DNA of 64,000 nucleotides from Candidatus Latescibacterota bacterium (lineage in GTDB: Bacteria; Latescibacterota; UBA2968; GCA-2709665), in assembly GCA_965116875.1 (NCBI GenBank), contig OZ220733.1, positions 3,776,001-3,840,000 on the forward strand, in the 5' to 3' direction. Both the position numbers and the translations under genes were made by a program. Below the pieces are notes generated by a model. It had not been told where the DNA came from. It saw nothing but the letters and a program-made list of their open reading frames with translations, and did not search any database. The first letter of the stretch is position 1. Each line of letters begins with the position of its first letter. Below, in pieces: positions 1 to 10,411 of the stretch.

Positions 1-1
1 T

Positions 2-109
2 TTTATCAGCCACAATCCCGACCGGGTGGCCGACGCCGTCTGCCGGATCTATTGCGGGCTGGAAGTGCCTGACTACGGGGAGCCGGATAATGGCGCGGCG
101 CAAGATTGA
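2..109 (+). CDS. 3' end of an upstream CDS (partial), possibly YvcK/CofD-related
   Basis: Open frame from the window start: FISHNPDRVADAVCRIYCG...QD*, TGA at 107-109 overlapping the next start. HNPDRVA resembles the RHDPxKLA C-terminal motif of the YvcK family. Confidence 0.35.
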   Translation, partial: FISHNPDRVADAVCRIYCGLEVPDYGEPDNGAAQD

Positions 110-782
110 TGCCGTCATCTTCGACCTGGACGACACGCTGTTCGATTGCACGGGGCAGCTGACCGAACCGGCGCGCCGCAGGGCGGCTGAAACGCTTGGC
201 GCGGCCATTCCCGATTCAGACGTGACGGCCCTGCAACGCCTTCAGGCGGAACTCGCCGACCGTTTGAGTTCCGCCGATACCATCCGGGAAATCGCCCATC
301 GCCACAAATTGCCGGATGAAGAGGTGGAAAGCGCGCTTTCTGCGTACAATCGGGACCAGGTGGAAGACATTGCGCCCTTTCCGGATGCGCTTGCAACGCT
401 GGACGAACTGTCGGCCAGGCATTATCGGCTGTGCCTCGTGACTACCGGCCGACCGGAAAGGCAGCGCCGGAAGGTAGACCTCCTGGGCCTTCGCGGCCAT
501 TTCACCGAGGAATCAGGCACGCTCATCCTCCACGACGATCGGGAGGTCCCCGCAAAAGACGAGGCGCTTCATCGGGCGGCCCGGCGCCTCAGCCCTTCAC
601 CCTGCCGGATCCTTTCGGTGGGGGACAAGCTGAACTCGGAAATCGCCGCGTCGAAGCGCCTGGGCATGCGCACGGCGCGCCTGTGTTTCGGCAGACAGAA
701 AAACCAGCGTCCCCGAACCGCCGAGGAACGTCCTGATCACGTACTGAACCGCCTGTCCGACCTGCTGGACCTGCTGCCATGA
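90..782 (+). CDS. HAD-superfamily hydrolase
   Basis: Motif I FDLDDTL, motif II LVTT, motif IV VGDKLNSEI...G. Confidence 0.9.
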   Translation: MARRKIDAVIFDLDDTLFDCTGQLTEPARRRAAETLGAAIPDSDVTALQRLQAELADRLSSADTIREIAHRHKLPDEEVESALSAYNRDQVEDIAPFPDALATLDELSARHYRLCLVTTGRPERQRRKVDLLGLRGHFTEESGTLILHDDREVPAKDEALHRAARRLSPSPCRILSVGDKLNSEIAASKRLGMRTARLCFGRQKNQRPRTAEERPDHVLNRLSDLLDLLP

Positions 783-795
783 AAAGAACGCGGGG

Positions 796-1581
796 TTACG
801 CGGATTCCGGTTCGAAATCCACGGCTATCCGGTCGCCCCGTTTCAACCCCAGGTTCCGCGCGGCATTCCCTCCGTTTATCGCAATCTCCAGCGTATTATC
901 GCTTCCGAACAGGGCCAGTGACCTGCCCTCCGGAACGTCGGCGTACGTGCGGCAGATCCGGTCGAACACGAGCTCTCCTGCACGTACGCGAACACCTTCG
1001 TACTCCATGCGGCGTTTTTCGATATTGCTGATCGCATTCCCGAAACGGTCCACGTGGACGATCCAGCCGATAACGGCGTTGTCCCGTTCCTGAACCGACC
1101 AGAGATTGAGTCGGACGGGATCGGCGATCCGGGGCCCTAGTTCGGCCGACGGTACGCCGTTGCACAGATGGGCTGCGACCGGGCCGAAGATATCCCGGCC
1201 GTGAAAGGTGGGGCTCACCTCAGACCTGAAATGCGCCGCATTGCGAATCTCTACGGCGTTCCAGGTCGATTCCCGCTGGAGCACTGCGCTGAACAATCCG
1301 TTGTCCGGCCCGACAAACCGGTACTCCGGCGTTTCCACCAGGATTGCGCGGCGGGCGCTTCCCACGCCCGGGTCCACAACCGCGAGATGGACCGAACCCG
1401 CCGGAAAACAGCGGTATGCGCGGGACAGGATAAATGCGCCGGACGCCACGTCCTGCGGCGGGACCTGATGGGAGACGTCCACCAGCGAGACGTCCGGGGC
1501 GATCGAGAGGATCGCACCCTTCATCGCGGCCACGTACGCGTCGTGAAGCCCGAAGTCCGTTGTCAGTGTGATCAGGGCCAA
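796..1581 (-). CDS. SAM hydroxide adenosyltransferase (DUF62, SAM-dependent halogenase superfamily)
   Basis: ITLTTDFG, VVDPGVGSARR, PTFHGRDIF and VDRFGN motifs. His in TFHGRD indicates the hydrolase type. Start re-called at TTG 1581 with GGAGGT RBS, because the longer ORF runs through a repeat. Confidence 0.88.
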   Translation of the reverse strand: MALITLTTDFGLHDAYVAAMKGAILSIAPDVSLVDVSHQVPPQDVASGAFILSRAYRCFPAGSVHLAVVDPGVGSARRAILVETPEYRFVGPDNGLFSAVLQRESTWNAVEIRNAAHFRSEVSPTFHGRDIFGPVAAHLCNGVPSAELGPRIADPVRLNLWSVQERDNAVIGWIVHVDRFGNAISNIEKRRMEYEGVRVRAGELVFDRICRTYADVPEGRSLALFGSDNTLEIAINGGNAARNLGLKRGDRIAVDFEPESA

Positions 1582-1660
1582 AACCCACCTCCACACCTGA
1601 ACCTCCGGCCCAATTCCTGGTGAGACGGAAAAAGGGAGAAGGGAGGGGAAAAAATAAATA

Positions 1661-1866
1661 GGCGGGGAGACGGGAGAGGGGAGACGGAAGAAGGAATCTT
1701 TGCCAATTCGTTTCTCCTCAATGCCTCCAGCATGAATTGAAACCAAACGAGGCGGGTCATCTCTAACCTCTACCGTCTACCGTCTTCCCGAATTTTATCT
1801 ACCGTCTACCCGCATTCGGGTTTTTTGCGGTCAATCTGACTGTTGTCTTTTTTCGAATTGCGGATG
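1661..1866. repeat. Repeat family A (heptamer-armed MITE-like element), copy 1, with extended tail
   Basis: GGGAGAC/GGAAGA heptamer arm, core in reverse orientation, CTCTACC/GTCTACC arm, then a tail cccgcattcggg...tgactgttgtc...cgaattg matching 33801-33860. Confidence 0.7.
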
Positions 1867-2119
1867 GGTACCGACGTCCACAATATAACGCATGTCACGC
1901 CGTCTCAGGAAACAGGTTTCAATCCCGTCCTGCCAGCCGACCTGGATCTTATTACGGGGGTCATATGATAGTTTACATCCACGTATACTGACGTACGGGG
2001 GATAGACGTCGATCATTCGCCACTTTTGGTAACAAACGCTATTCTCAGGTCACATGTGCACGCTACCTCGCCGTCTCATTGTGTCGATGATTTGACGCTC
2101 CCCGTTATCATACAGCGTC

Positions 2120-2809
2120 TCAGAACAGGTCCGCTTCCTTCATGCTCAGGAACCGCTCGGCCCCCAGGATGATGTGGTCCAGGACTTCGATTCCCATGAT
2201 TTCGCCGGCCTGCACCATCCGCCGGGTCAATTCAATGTCCTCCCGGCTGGGTGTCACGTCGCCGGAAGGGTGGTTGTGCGCGAGGATGACGCTGGCCGCA
2301 CTGGTGCCTACAGCCGGAAAAAACACCTCGCGAGGATGAACCAGCGACGCGTTCAGCGATCCCACCGATACCTCTTCCCTGCAGATGACCTGATTCCGGG
2401 CATTCAGAAAGACCGCCACGAAGTGTTCCTTTCGCCGGTCCTTGAATTCCGACAACAGGCCAACCACGTCGGCCGGTTTCGTGATGGAGGGTTCAATGCC
2501 CATCCCCTGGTTCAACGCCCGCCTTGACAGTTCGAACCCGGAGACAAGGCCCGCGGCCTTCGCGCGACCGATGCCCTTGATCGCCGTCAGTTCCGCGAGA
2601 CCCATCGCCAAGAGCGCCTGCGGCGAATGCTGTTTCAGAATCTCACCGGCAACCTCCAGCACATTCTTGCCTTCATACCCCGTCCGCAGCAGAACCGCCA
2701 GCAATTCGTCGTTTCTCAGCGCTTCGGCGCCGAGCCGTCCCAGTTTCTCGCGAGGAAGGTCCACGTCCGCTACGCCGTCGATTCCCCGGCCTCGTGTCAG
2801 TATTTCCAT
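2120..2809 (-). CDS. radC: RadC/JAB-domain family protein
   Basis: PREKL...ELLAVLLRTG, HhH GIGRAKA, VHPREVF, HNHPSGD.TPS..D, DHIILG. Start re-called at ATG 2809. Confidence 0.93.
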   Translation of the reverse strand: MEILTRGRGIDGVADVDLPREKLGRLGAEALRNDELLAVLLRTGYEGKNVLEVAGEILKQHSPQALLAMGLAELTAIKGIGRAKAAGLVSGFELSRRALNQGMGIEPSITKPADVVGLLSEFKDRRKEHFVAVFLNARNQVICREEVSVGSLNASLVHPREVFFPAVGTSAASVILAHNHPSGDVTPSREDIELTRRMVQAGEIMGIEVLDHIILGAERFLSMKEADLF

Positions 2810-3296
2810 ATTGTCGTATTCCCGGTTGAAGTGAACCGATGAAAAGCTGTCAGCGTTGGCACCGCCCATCCAGCACCACCGGTGTAAGACGTTAGACGGT
2901 AGACGGAAGATGACCACCCCGGGTATGCGGGACACCGATATGGCATCGAGAAATGTACTCGCGACTTACCGGATCTTGTCGGGCCGAATCTTGAATCGCC
3001 CGTCTGTCCGCGTGGAGACGACCACTTTCTGTAACTCGCGGCCCAATAGAGACACCGACCGTAACGCGAACTGTCCGTTCGCGTGCTGTGAAAGGTAAGC
3101 AAACGCCGTTCCTATAGAACAACAGATGGCAGTTACCAGATAAAACGCTGCGCCCCGCGGCATCGCCGATCCAATCTGCCGGCGCGTCCCATACAATCTG
3201 TTCAAAGCTGTCAATTCGAAGGGAAAGATCCGTCCTAACCAGCGTTGGACGCGAGAATCGGATGTTCTGAAAAATATCCGGAATACGCCGACCCAT

Positions 3297-4460
3297 TTGG
3301 TTATATTTCAAACCACGCATTCCTGGACTGAAATCGAACGACCTGGGGGTCAGACAGTGGATACCGCACAGTCGGTGGGCCTGTTCGAAAAGAACTGGTT
3401 CCTGCGGCACGAAGAGAAACTGGTACTAACGGTCGTGGAGCAGCAGTTCATCGAGGCATCGATGGGGCCGGCGCCGAAGCGCTGGGACGGAGACCCCGAT
3501 ATCGAGCGGATGACTGAAATCCTCTCCGTCGAGTCAGGGGTGCTCGAGCGCATCGGCGCCCGGTTGTTACAGGTGCTGATCGGTATGAGGGGGTGCGGTT
3601 CTGCGGTTACGTTCCTCCTGGAACGAGGCGTGCCGCTCGAGATTGACGGTTCGTCCTACAATGTGCTGCACGAGGCGGCGTGGGGAGGGATGGTCGATAC
3701 GCTGCGGGCGGTCTTCGAATCGGGCGCGGCGGACGCGACGTGCGTATCGGTAAAGAAACCGCACGTGGGGTGGCCCGATAACCTCTCCCTCATGTACTGG
3801 GCGGCCTCCGGGGGGTATCCGGATTGCGCACGCCTCTTCATTCAGTACGGCGCCGGCGTTCACCACGAACTTCCGATCAAGGGAAACGGCGAGCGGGGAA
3901 CGACCTCGCTTCAGGAGGCCGCCGCGTCGAGTCCCGGTGGGAAGGATGGATCGTGGCAGGAAGGCGGGCTGGCGGTTGCGCGGATTCTCATCGAAGACGG
4001 GGCTCACTACGACGTGTACACCGCGTGCGCGCTCGACGACGCCGCGCGTCTGAAGGAACTCATCGACCGGAACGCCGAGGTCGTAAACGCTGCCGAGGAC
4101 TATGGCATGACGCCGCTGCATTGGGCCGTGCGTGCCGGGTCGAAGGCGTGTACGGAGATATTGCTGGCCTGCGGCGTCCACGTCGACGCGTTGAACAAGG
4201 CGCGACGCACGCCGATGCAGCTTGCAGCCGAAGGCGATAGGGCGGAGACGATACGGCTGCTCGCGAAGCACGGTGCCGATCTCAACACGCAGGATAGGAA
4301 AGGCCGCACCCCGCTCCATCGCGCGATGTACGAGGGTCGGGTCGCCGCAGCCGAGGCACTGCTCGAAGCCGGCGCCGATCCGACGGTTCTCAACAAGAAC
4401 GGGAAGACCGCGTTTGAGATTGCCAGGAAGGACGCGAAGAGATACAGAAAGCGGGCCTGA
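3297..4460 (+). CDS. Ankyrin repeat protein
   Basis: Multiple ankyrin repeats (GMTPLHWA, RTPMQLAA, GRTPLHRA, GKTAFEIA). True start uncertain (GTG 3357 possible). Confidence 0.88.
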   Translation: MVIFQTTHSWTEIERPGGQTVDTAQSVGLFEKNWFLRHEEKLVLTVVEQQFIEASMGPAPKRWDGDPDIERMTEILSVESGVLERIGARLLQVLIGMRGCGSAVTFLLERGVPLEIDGSSYNVLHEAAWGGMVDTLRAVFESGAADATCVSVKKPHVGWPDNLSLMYWAASGGYPDCARLFIQYGAGVHHELPIKGNGERGTTSLQEAAASSPGGKDGSWQEGGLAVARILIEDGAHYDVYTACALDDAARLKELIDRNAEVVNAAEDYGMTPLHWAVRAGSKACTEILLACGVHVDALNKARRTPMQLAAEGDRAETIRLLAKHGADLNTQDRKGRTPLHRAMYEGRVAAAEALLEAGADPTVLNKNGKTAFEIARKDAKRYRKRA

Positions 4461-4678
4461 GTCTGACCAATCCAGAATAGGGGACTCCCCTGAGTTGCCA
4501 TCGAAAGCGGGACCCGACAGATGAATTGAGGATATCAAGACTTCAATCTGATGTTGCCGATTGGGATTTTATTCGAAGAATGCTAAATAGGTCGGATTCA
4601 AGATGGGGATCTTTGGAGCCTCTGAATAGGTTCGCCTTTTGCAGTGGTTTATTCAGAATTCGAACCCGGGCACGCCCA

Positions 4679-6112
4679 ATGAGAAATCAGAAACTGAAGC
4701 GACCGTACAAATTCACCCTTAACTTTCTCCTTCTTCAAGGGTGCGTTTTTGTATTTGTCGTTCTTGTCACGTGTGCTCTGGCCATCGGTCAATTCTTGGA
4801 AGTCATCGCACAGCACCCTTGGTTCAGCGTGGTTGTCATTTCCGTGTGGGTGGCCGCGGTATCAGCAGGGTTATTCGTACTTATATTCAATCTGTGCCCT
4901 GTAAAGAAAATACTGGCGTCCGAGTCGAATGCTTACCGAACGGTCCTGGAAGAATTCACTCGTTCCCTCTCCTTAATTACGGATTTCGATGGCTTGCTTG
5001 ACAACCAGATCCGCAAGATTGGGATTCTAACCGATTCCGAACGTCTGTGCATTCTCGTTGCGAGTGAAAGTGGTGAAGATTATACACTCAGGACGAGCCG
5101 CGGATACTTGAAGGCCGACGTAGATGGCATAGCGCTACAGCACCGTGGAGACCTCGTGAGGTGGCTACATACAAACGAGACGCATTTGATTCCTTCGGAG
5201 AATCGTGGGCTCATCGCAAATTTACCTCCTGCGGAACGTGAACTCCTGAACCGGCTAAACGTCACGGGAATCCTCCCATTGGTCACTTTGAACCGGCTAG
5301 TGGGAGTCGTCTTCATCTCTAAGGATAACACCTTGACGCCCGATCAGATCGAAACGGTGCGCTGGTTCACCCCTCAAGTTGCACTTGCCATTGCAAATGC
5401 TATTCTTTACGAACAACAGCGGCTCAGGATGAGTAGCCTGTACCGAACCGAACGCCTCGCGATCACCGGTCAGCTTGCGGCTGGCGCCGCCCACGAAATT
5501 CGCAATCCGCTAGCATCCATACGTAGTACGATACAGTATTTGAGGGGTCGCCTATCTAGTGATTCCGAATCCGCGGATATGATGGGTATGCTAGTTAATG
5601 AGGCGGACCGGATCGAAACCATTGTAAAGGGGATGTTGTCGTTCGCCAGACCGGAGGAACCCAAACTGGAAGTCACCAATCTGACCGAGGTCGCGACACA
5701 GGTCGTCAGCCTCCTCGAACCAACGGCCCACAAGGCTAAGGTGAAAATGGAGACCCACTTCCCACATCAAACCGCCGAGATCTTGGCGGATAAGAATCAA
5801 TTGGGCCAGGTGTTTCTAAACATCCTCCTAAACGCTGTACAAGCCATGCCCGAGGGTGGCTTGCTGTCCATCCGTGTGGCTGCACGGGGTTCCGCAGGTA
5901 TCGATGGATGGCAAGTGGAAGTTGTCGATACTGGCAGCGGTATTCCCGACGAGCAACTTGAGAGTATTTTCGACCCCTTTTACACTACAAAAAAGAAAGG
6001 CACCGGTCTCGGGCTTTCGATCTCACATTCAATCATACGTAGCCACGGTGGAAGAATAGACGTCGAAAGCGCGGTCGGCAAAGGCACCCGTGTAATAGTC
6101 AGATTCTCTTAA
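4679..6112 (+). CDS. Membrane sensor histidine kinase (2 TM, GAF-like, HisKA, HATPase_c)
   Basis: H-box AHEIRNPL, N-box QVFLNILLNA, G1 DTGSGI, F-box FDPFYTTK, G2 GTGLGL. Start re-called at ATG 4679. Confidence 0.92.
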   Translation: MRNQKLKRPYKFTLNFLLLQGCVFVFVVLVTCALAIGQFLEVIAQHPWFSVVVISVWVAAVSAGLFVLIFNLCPVKKILASESNAYRTVLEEFTRSLSLITDFDGLLDNQIRKIGILTDSERLCILVASESGEDYTLRTSRGYLKADVDGIALQHRGDLVRWLHTNETHLIPSENRGLIANLPPAERELLNRLNVTGILPLVTLNRLVGVVFISKDNTLTPDQIETVRWFTPQVALAIANAILYEQQRLRMSSLYRTERLAITGQLAAGAAHEIRNPLASIRSTIQYLRGRLSSDSESADMMGMLVNEADRIETIVKGMLSFARPEEPKLEVTNLTEVATQVVSLLEPTAHKAKVKMETHFPHQTAEILADKNQLGQVFLNILLNAVQAMPEGGLLSIRVAARGSAGIDGWQVEVVDTGSGIPDEQLESIFDPFYTTKKKGTGLGLSISHSIIRSHGGRIDVESAVGKGTRVIVRFS

Positions 6113-6503
6113 GACTTAACCGTGATACTACAAGACCGGATTGCCTGGTTGGTCGGGTTAGATCGCTACGTTACCGGGAAGAATTGCCATACCGTCGAAC
6201 CACGGAACGTGACCAGTCTCCATGCTTCGCTCATTTCCGTTGATTTCAAAAATCGTGGATCTGCGAGATTTATTCGAGGTTGAACTTCCGGGCAAATTGC
6301 AGCGAACATCCACGAGTCTTGTCAGACCAAGATTAGCCGGTACGAGTATTGCGTAGATAAAATGAGTGTGGCGAACCACGAGAACGTGTGGATCATTCAA
6401 TTTTGCCGGCACCGAGCCAGCTGGATATGCCAGAATTCGCTACAATTCGCTTTGTGTTTCTGCGTGCCAAGAGTGAGAAAAACTGTACAGACGGGGGCGA
6501 ATT

Positions 6504-7880
6504 ATGCAACGAGTGTTAGTCGTGGACGACGAAGCCACAATGCGCAGCATACTATTCCGCATACTCACAGAACGAGGTTACGAAGTAGTCGCAGCTCACT
6601 CCGGCGAAAAGGGCCTTGAATTCGCTCAAGAATTCTTGCCCGATGTCGTTGTCATGGACCAGAATCTGCCGGGGATATCCGGCCAGAACGCTACACAGAA
6701 GATAATCGAAATTGTACCAGGCGTAAAAGTCATAATGGTCACGGCGTTTGGTGAAATTGAAAAGGCAGTAGACGCCATGCGGCGAGGTGCTTATGACTAT
6801 CTTACCAAACCCTTCGATAACGATGAGTTTCTGCTTCGAGTCCAGCGTGCCTGCGAGGCCCGGCGTTTGGCCCTTGAAGTGCTGACCCTTCGCGAAGCTC
6901 TCGGTGAACGCCATTCGTTTGATCGAATACTTGGAAATAGTGAATCGTTGCGCGCTGCATTACATCTGGCCAGACGAGCGGCTCAAACCGAAATCTCGGT
7001 TTTAATTGAAGGTGAAAGTGGTTCCGGGAAAGAGCCGTTAGCCCGCGCAATTCACCATGCGAGCTCGCGTTGTAATGGTCCATTTCTACCCGTCAACTGT
7101 GCTGCTGTTCCCACGGACATCGCCGAAAGCCAGTTCTTTGGTCACGAAAAGGGTGCCTTTACTGATGCCAAAAACACCCACATCGGATTGTTTGAACAGG
7201 CCAACAACGGTACCCTCTTCCTTGACGAAGTGGCAGAAATGCCGCTGCGACTCCAGGCCAAACTACTGCGAGCTCTGGAGGATGGCCAAATCACCCGTTT
7301 AGGTGCCAGGTCGGCGGTTCGGATAAACTCGCGTGTAATCGCGGCCACCAATCGAGTCGTCGACGATGCTATCAGGGACGGGCTTCTGCGGCAGGACCTA
7401 TACCACCGCCTTGCCGTCGTAATCATCCACGTTCCACCTCTACGAGAACGCAAAGAGGACATCTCGCTGCTAGCCCGTCATTTTTTGGGCAATTTCAATG
7501 ATGAATCGACAACGAGCCCTTTCGAATTTTCTGACGACGCGCTGGCTGCCCTGGAAGCTTACACCTGGCCTGGCAATATCCGGGAACTTCGCAACGTCGT
7601 CCAGGGTGCCGCCATAATGGCCGAAGGAGATATAATCCGTTGTTGTGACCTACCGCGCAAAGTACGGACCGCTACAGACGGGGGCCCGACGGCCACAGAA
7701 TTAAACCCATCGATCTCAGTTGATGAACCCACCCTGGCCGCCGCCACGGCAACGCTGGAACGCAAACTCATCGCCCAAGCATTGGCCACGAACAATGGCA
7801 ACAGAACCCGATCGGCAAAACGCCTCGGCATAAACCGCAAGACTCTCCTTTCAAAGATTGTGCAATACGGCCTCGAATAG
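6504..7880 (+). CDS. Sigma54-dependent response regulator (NtrC/AtoC family)
   Basis: Receiver VLVVDDE...MDQNLP...KP; Walker A GESGSGKE; GAFTDA; Walker B LFLDEV; WPGNIREL; Fis-type HTH. Confidence 0.95.
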   Translation: MQRVLVVDDEATMRSILFRILTERGYEVVAAHSGEKGLEFAQEFLPDVVVMDQNLPGISGQNATQKIIEIVPGVKVIMVTAFGEIEKAVDAMRRGAYDYLTKPFDNDEFLLRVQRACEARRLALEVLTLREALGERHSFDRILGNSESLRAALHLARRAAQTEISVLIEGESGSGKEPLARAIHHASSRCNGPFLPVNCAAVPTDIAESQFFGHEKGAFTDAKNTHIGLFEQANNGTLFLDEVAEMPLRLQAKLLRALEDGQITRLGARSAVRINSRVIAATNRVVDDAIRDGLLRQDLYHRLAVVIIHVPPLRERKEDISLLARHFLGNFNDESTTSPFEFSDDALAALEAYTWPGNIRELRNVVQGAAIMAEGDIIRCCDLPRKVRTATDGGPTATELNPSISVDEPTLAAATATLERKLIAQALATNNGNRTRSAKRLGINRKTLLSKIVQYGLE

Positions 7881-7986
7881 GCACGACTGCGGCGCCGCTC
7901 CCCGCCTCTGAGTATTTACACCTCACTTACTGGCATTACGCGTCTGGCTTTCTCCATTCATCAACTCGCGAAATCTCCAATTTCAG

Positions 7987-8012
7987 CGTTGAGAAATCCC
8001 TTTTTCTCAACG
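7987..8012. promoter_or_regulatory. 10-bp-arm palindrome upstream of the sigma54 promoter, candidate activator binding site
   Basis: CGTTGAGAAA-tccctt-TTTCTCAACG perfect inverted repeat. Related TTTCTCCA/ATCTCCAA motifs lie at 7949-7980. Confidence 0.45.
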
Positions 8013-8046
8013 AATTGTTCGAACATAAATTCTGATGCAATTCGTG

Positions 8047-8062
8047 TGGCATGGTACTTGCT
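8047..8062 (+). promoter_or_regulatory. Sigma54 (-24/-12) promoter
   Basis: TGGCATGGTACTTGCT, with GG (8048) and GC (8060) exactly 12 nt apart. It lies directly downstream of the sigma54 activator gene and upstream of the ABC cluster. Confidence 0.85.
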
Positions 8063-8452
8063 TCACGCATGTATTCGCTTTCTTAGAATGCCTAGGAAAG
8101 ATACCTTTCGAAAACTATAGAAGTTCCCCGGGTGCCTATAACAGGGCCGTAGGGCGCTCGGAAGATCAGCCGGATGTTAAGCGTGAGTCGCGTGTATGTC
8201 GATCTACGTTGGTGTTCTCTGAGTGCAGTGGACGGGATGAAAATTGCATGATTATGAGAACGATCAGATTGCTGCTTGAGACGACACAAAAGGTCCCTGG
8301 CCTTCGCTATGGCTGCGTTTAGCTTGTGGTACTAAGGCTCCGGATCGACCGGGGGTCTCAAAGAGTCTGAGAGTTCCGGGTATATTTGATAGCCTCCTTG
8401 ATGTGATCCGCGCAAAGCTCACAGAAACGAAGGCTCCGAATTCGGAGGATGA

Positions 8453-9877
8453 ATGATGGTTTTTCATCTTATTCGTAAAGAATTCTTGGAACAGATGCTT
8501 AGTTTTCGATTCATCGTTCTCTCCGCGATGGGGGCATTGGCTATTTGGGTATGCCTCTACAGTGGTTATAACCATTATCGAGAAAGGGTAGATGACTACC
8601 GAATGGCTCAAGCAGCGACTAAGGAACGTATCGAAGAAATCGATGATGCTGAGAATTGGTCCGAATTTGTGTATGTTGGCCACTTGGAACACAAACCACC
8701 TGTACCGACTAGTATCTTTGTGCGTGGACTAGAACCTTTTCTAGGACGATCCATTACCAACGCAACAACAATTCGGAGGCTGAACCGAAGTCCAGCAGAA
8801 ATAACCCCGTTGTTTGGTGTTTTCTCGCCTTTGGATCTTGGACTCATTGTACAAATTGTCCTGAGCTTATTTGCATTATTGTTTACATATGATGCTGTGT
8901 GCGGAGAGAAAGAAGCAGGCTCCTTACGTCTGGTTGCTTCATTTCCGATATCCAAACATCACATATTACTATCGAAATACTTCGGCGCATTGTTTCCACT
9001 GCTTATAGCTTTTGGAATGCCTCTTCTGTTGGGCGTTGCTGTTTTGCTTCTAATGCCTGATGTTCGGTTCACAGAACTTGAGTTGAGTCGTATTGGCCTC
9101 ATATTTATCGCTTGTGGGATCTATGTGTCAGTGTTCACTTGTGTCGGTCTTCTATCCTCCTGTTTGACCCAGAAGGCATCAACATCTTTTGTGCTCTTGC
9201 TAGGATTCTGGGTAACTACCGTGGTAGTGATGCCACGTATCAGTTTAATCATAGCTGATAGCTTTCGAACTGCCCCTTCAGTCTACGAATTGGAAGCAGA
9301 AAAAGAAGCCGTATCAAAGTCAAATGGAGAAAGATGGCGTGAGGTTAGAGCTAGGTGGATAAAGGAGAATCCACAGTGGATGGAAACGCCAGAAGGTAGA
9401 GAAGCTCAACGCCTCTTTTGGAGAAAAACGAGGCAGAAGGTATGGTGGGAACCCAATTTGTCACAGCATGCCCGACTGGATGAGAGTTTTCGTAATCGTT
9501 ATGACGCTCGCCTGAACCTTGCTGTTATCATTGCACGCCTTTCTCCGCCTTTTGCATTCAATAATGCAACCGTAGAACTGGCGGGGACTGGTTTGAGCCG
9601 ACAACGTCGATTCTTGACAACATTCCACCGCTACTATCGACAGTGGTATCAGTGGTTTATTGATTCGGTAGACGATGCCCAGTTGAGACGTATCAATTCG
9701 GTAAAATATGGCGAATATAGATGGGATATATCGGATCTTCCCCGGCTTGTATACAAGGAAATTTGGCCTCAAGAAGATGTACAAACGGCTCTAATTGATA
9801 TCGGTGTCATGTTCCTATGGGGACTAATATTCTTTCTAGGCGCTTATGTGGCGCTGTTAAATTATGACTTTAGATAA
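8453..9877 (+). CDS. ABC-2 type exporter permease with large extracytoplasmic domain (type A copy 1)
   Basis: IRKEFLE, YDAVCGEKEAGSLRL...FPISK..ILLSKY motif, about 6 TM segments, ends YDFR. Confidence 0.88.
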   Translation: MMVFHLIRKEFLEQMLSFRFIVLSAMGALAIWVCLYSGYNHYRERVDDYRMAQAATKERIEEIDDAENWSEFVYVGHLEHKPPVPTSIFVRGLEPFLGRSITNATTIRRLNRSPAEITPLFGVFSPLDLGLIVQIVLSLFALLFTYDAVCGEKEAGSLRLVASFPISKHHILLSKYFGALFPLLIAFGMPLLLGVAVLLLMPDVRFTELELSRIGLIFIACGIYVSVFTCVGLLSSCLTQKASTSFVLLLGFWVTTVVVMPRISLIIADSFRTAPSVYELEAEKEAVSKSNGERWREVRARWIKENPQWMETPEGREAQRLFWRKTRQKVWWEPNLSQHARLDESFRNRYDARLNLAVIIARLSPPFAFNNATVELAGTGLSRQRRFLTTFHRYYRQWYQWFIDSVDDAQLRRINSVKYGEYRWDISDLPRLVYKEIWPQEDVQTALIDIGVMFLWGLIFFLGAYVALLNYDFR

Positions 9878-10056
9878 GAGACGGCCGCCTACACCCCTAG
9901 ACTCTAAACAAGCGGGTTTTTTGAGATTATTATGTACAAAAATACCGGAAAGACTTAACTTGGTTGGAGTTAGCAGTACCAGACGAGAAATCGCTTCCGG
10001 TGAAAAGAGTATCGATAAAGGAAAGCCGCAGGAACAGAGTCAGCCTTGATTCGTCA

Positions 10057-10360
10057 ATGCGCCGTGAAAAGGTGCGGATCATCAGTGGGTGAGACACTCA
10101 CCCGACAAGTGTCGCTGCAGTCGGAAGCAATCGGAGCGGGACGTAGGCAACGGCATCTCCGAAGCCTCCGGTGTAGAGGGTCGCAAGGTGACTCGGCGAG
10201 TATGCAGGCCGTAACGTGAGTGAACGCTGAGCAGGCCTCGAAAAAGGTAATGCGGGAGCCGACCCGTCTGACGATCCGGGAAAGCCGCCGTCGTTGCGGA
10301 AGAGCGCAACGCGTACACCCAACAATCGCGCCGGGTAATGGCGACGTCAAGTATACAAGT
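10057..10360 (+). mobile_element. Truncated group II intron (5' domain I region only; no RT ORF, no domain V/VI)
   Basis: Starts ATGCGCCGTG (GUGCG-like). Contains TCAGTGGGTGAG..CACCCG, GGAAGCAA, GAAGCCTCCGG and GCAGGCCGTAACGTGAGTGAACGCTGAGCAGGCCTCGAAAAAG..GCCGACCCG, recognised as a bacterial group II intron 5' region. It is a GC-rich patch in AT-rich surroundings. Confidence 0.75.
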
Positions 10361-10411
10361 TGATGTCGGTTTTCCAGGAGTGCATCTTCTGGCATTGATT
10401 AAGGTTAGCTT

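Noticed and set aside
796-1581. Fluorinase/chlorinase
   Set aside because: TFHGRD plus the Asp/Arg of VVDPGVGSARR match the DUF62 SAM hydrolase triad, not the halogenase signatures.
1910-1937. tRNA-3'-like fragment (GGTTTCAATCCCG...CCA) as an island att site
   Set aside because: It does not form a proper T-arm/acceptor, and no matching copy was found at the other island end.
2950-3290. Possible transposase remnant or small ORFs between radC and the ankyrin gene
   Set aside because: No DDE motif or terminal repeats recognisable.
7150-7170. GAFTDA instead of GAFTGA suggesting a non-functional activator
   Set aside because: GAFTDA is a common natural variant, and a canonical sigma54 promoter lies immediately downstream.
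10054-10395. 113-aa minus-strand ORF (FEACSAFTHVTAC...)
   Set aside because: It is the antisense translation of the group II intron RNA remnant.
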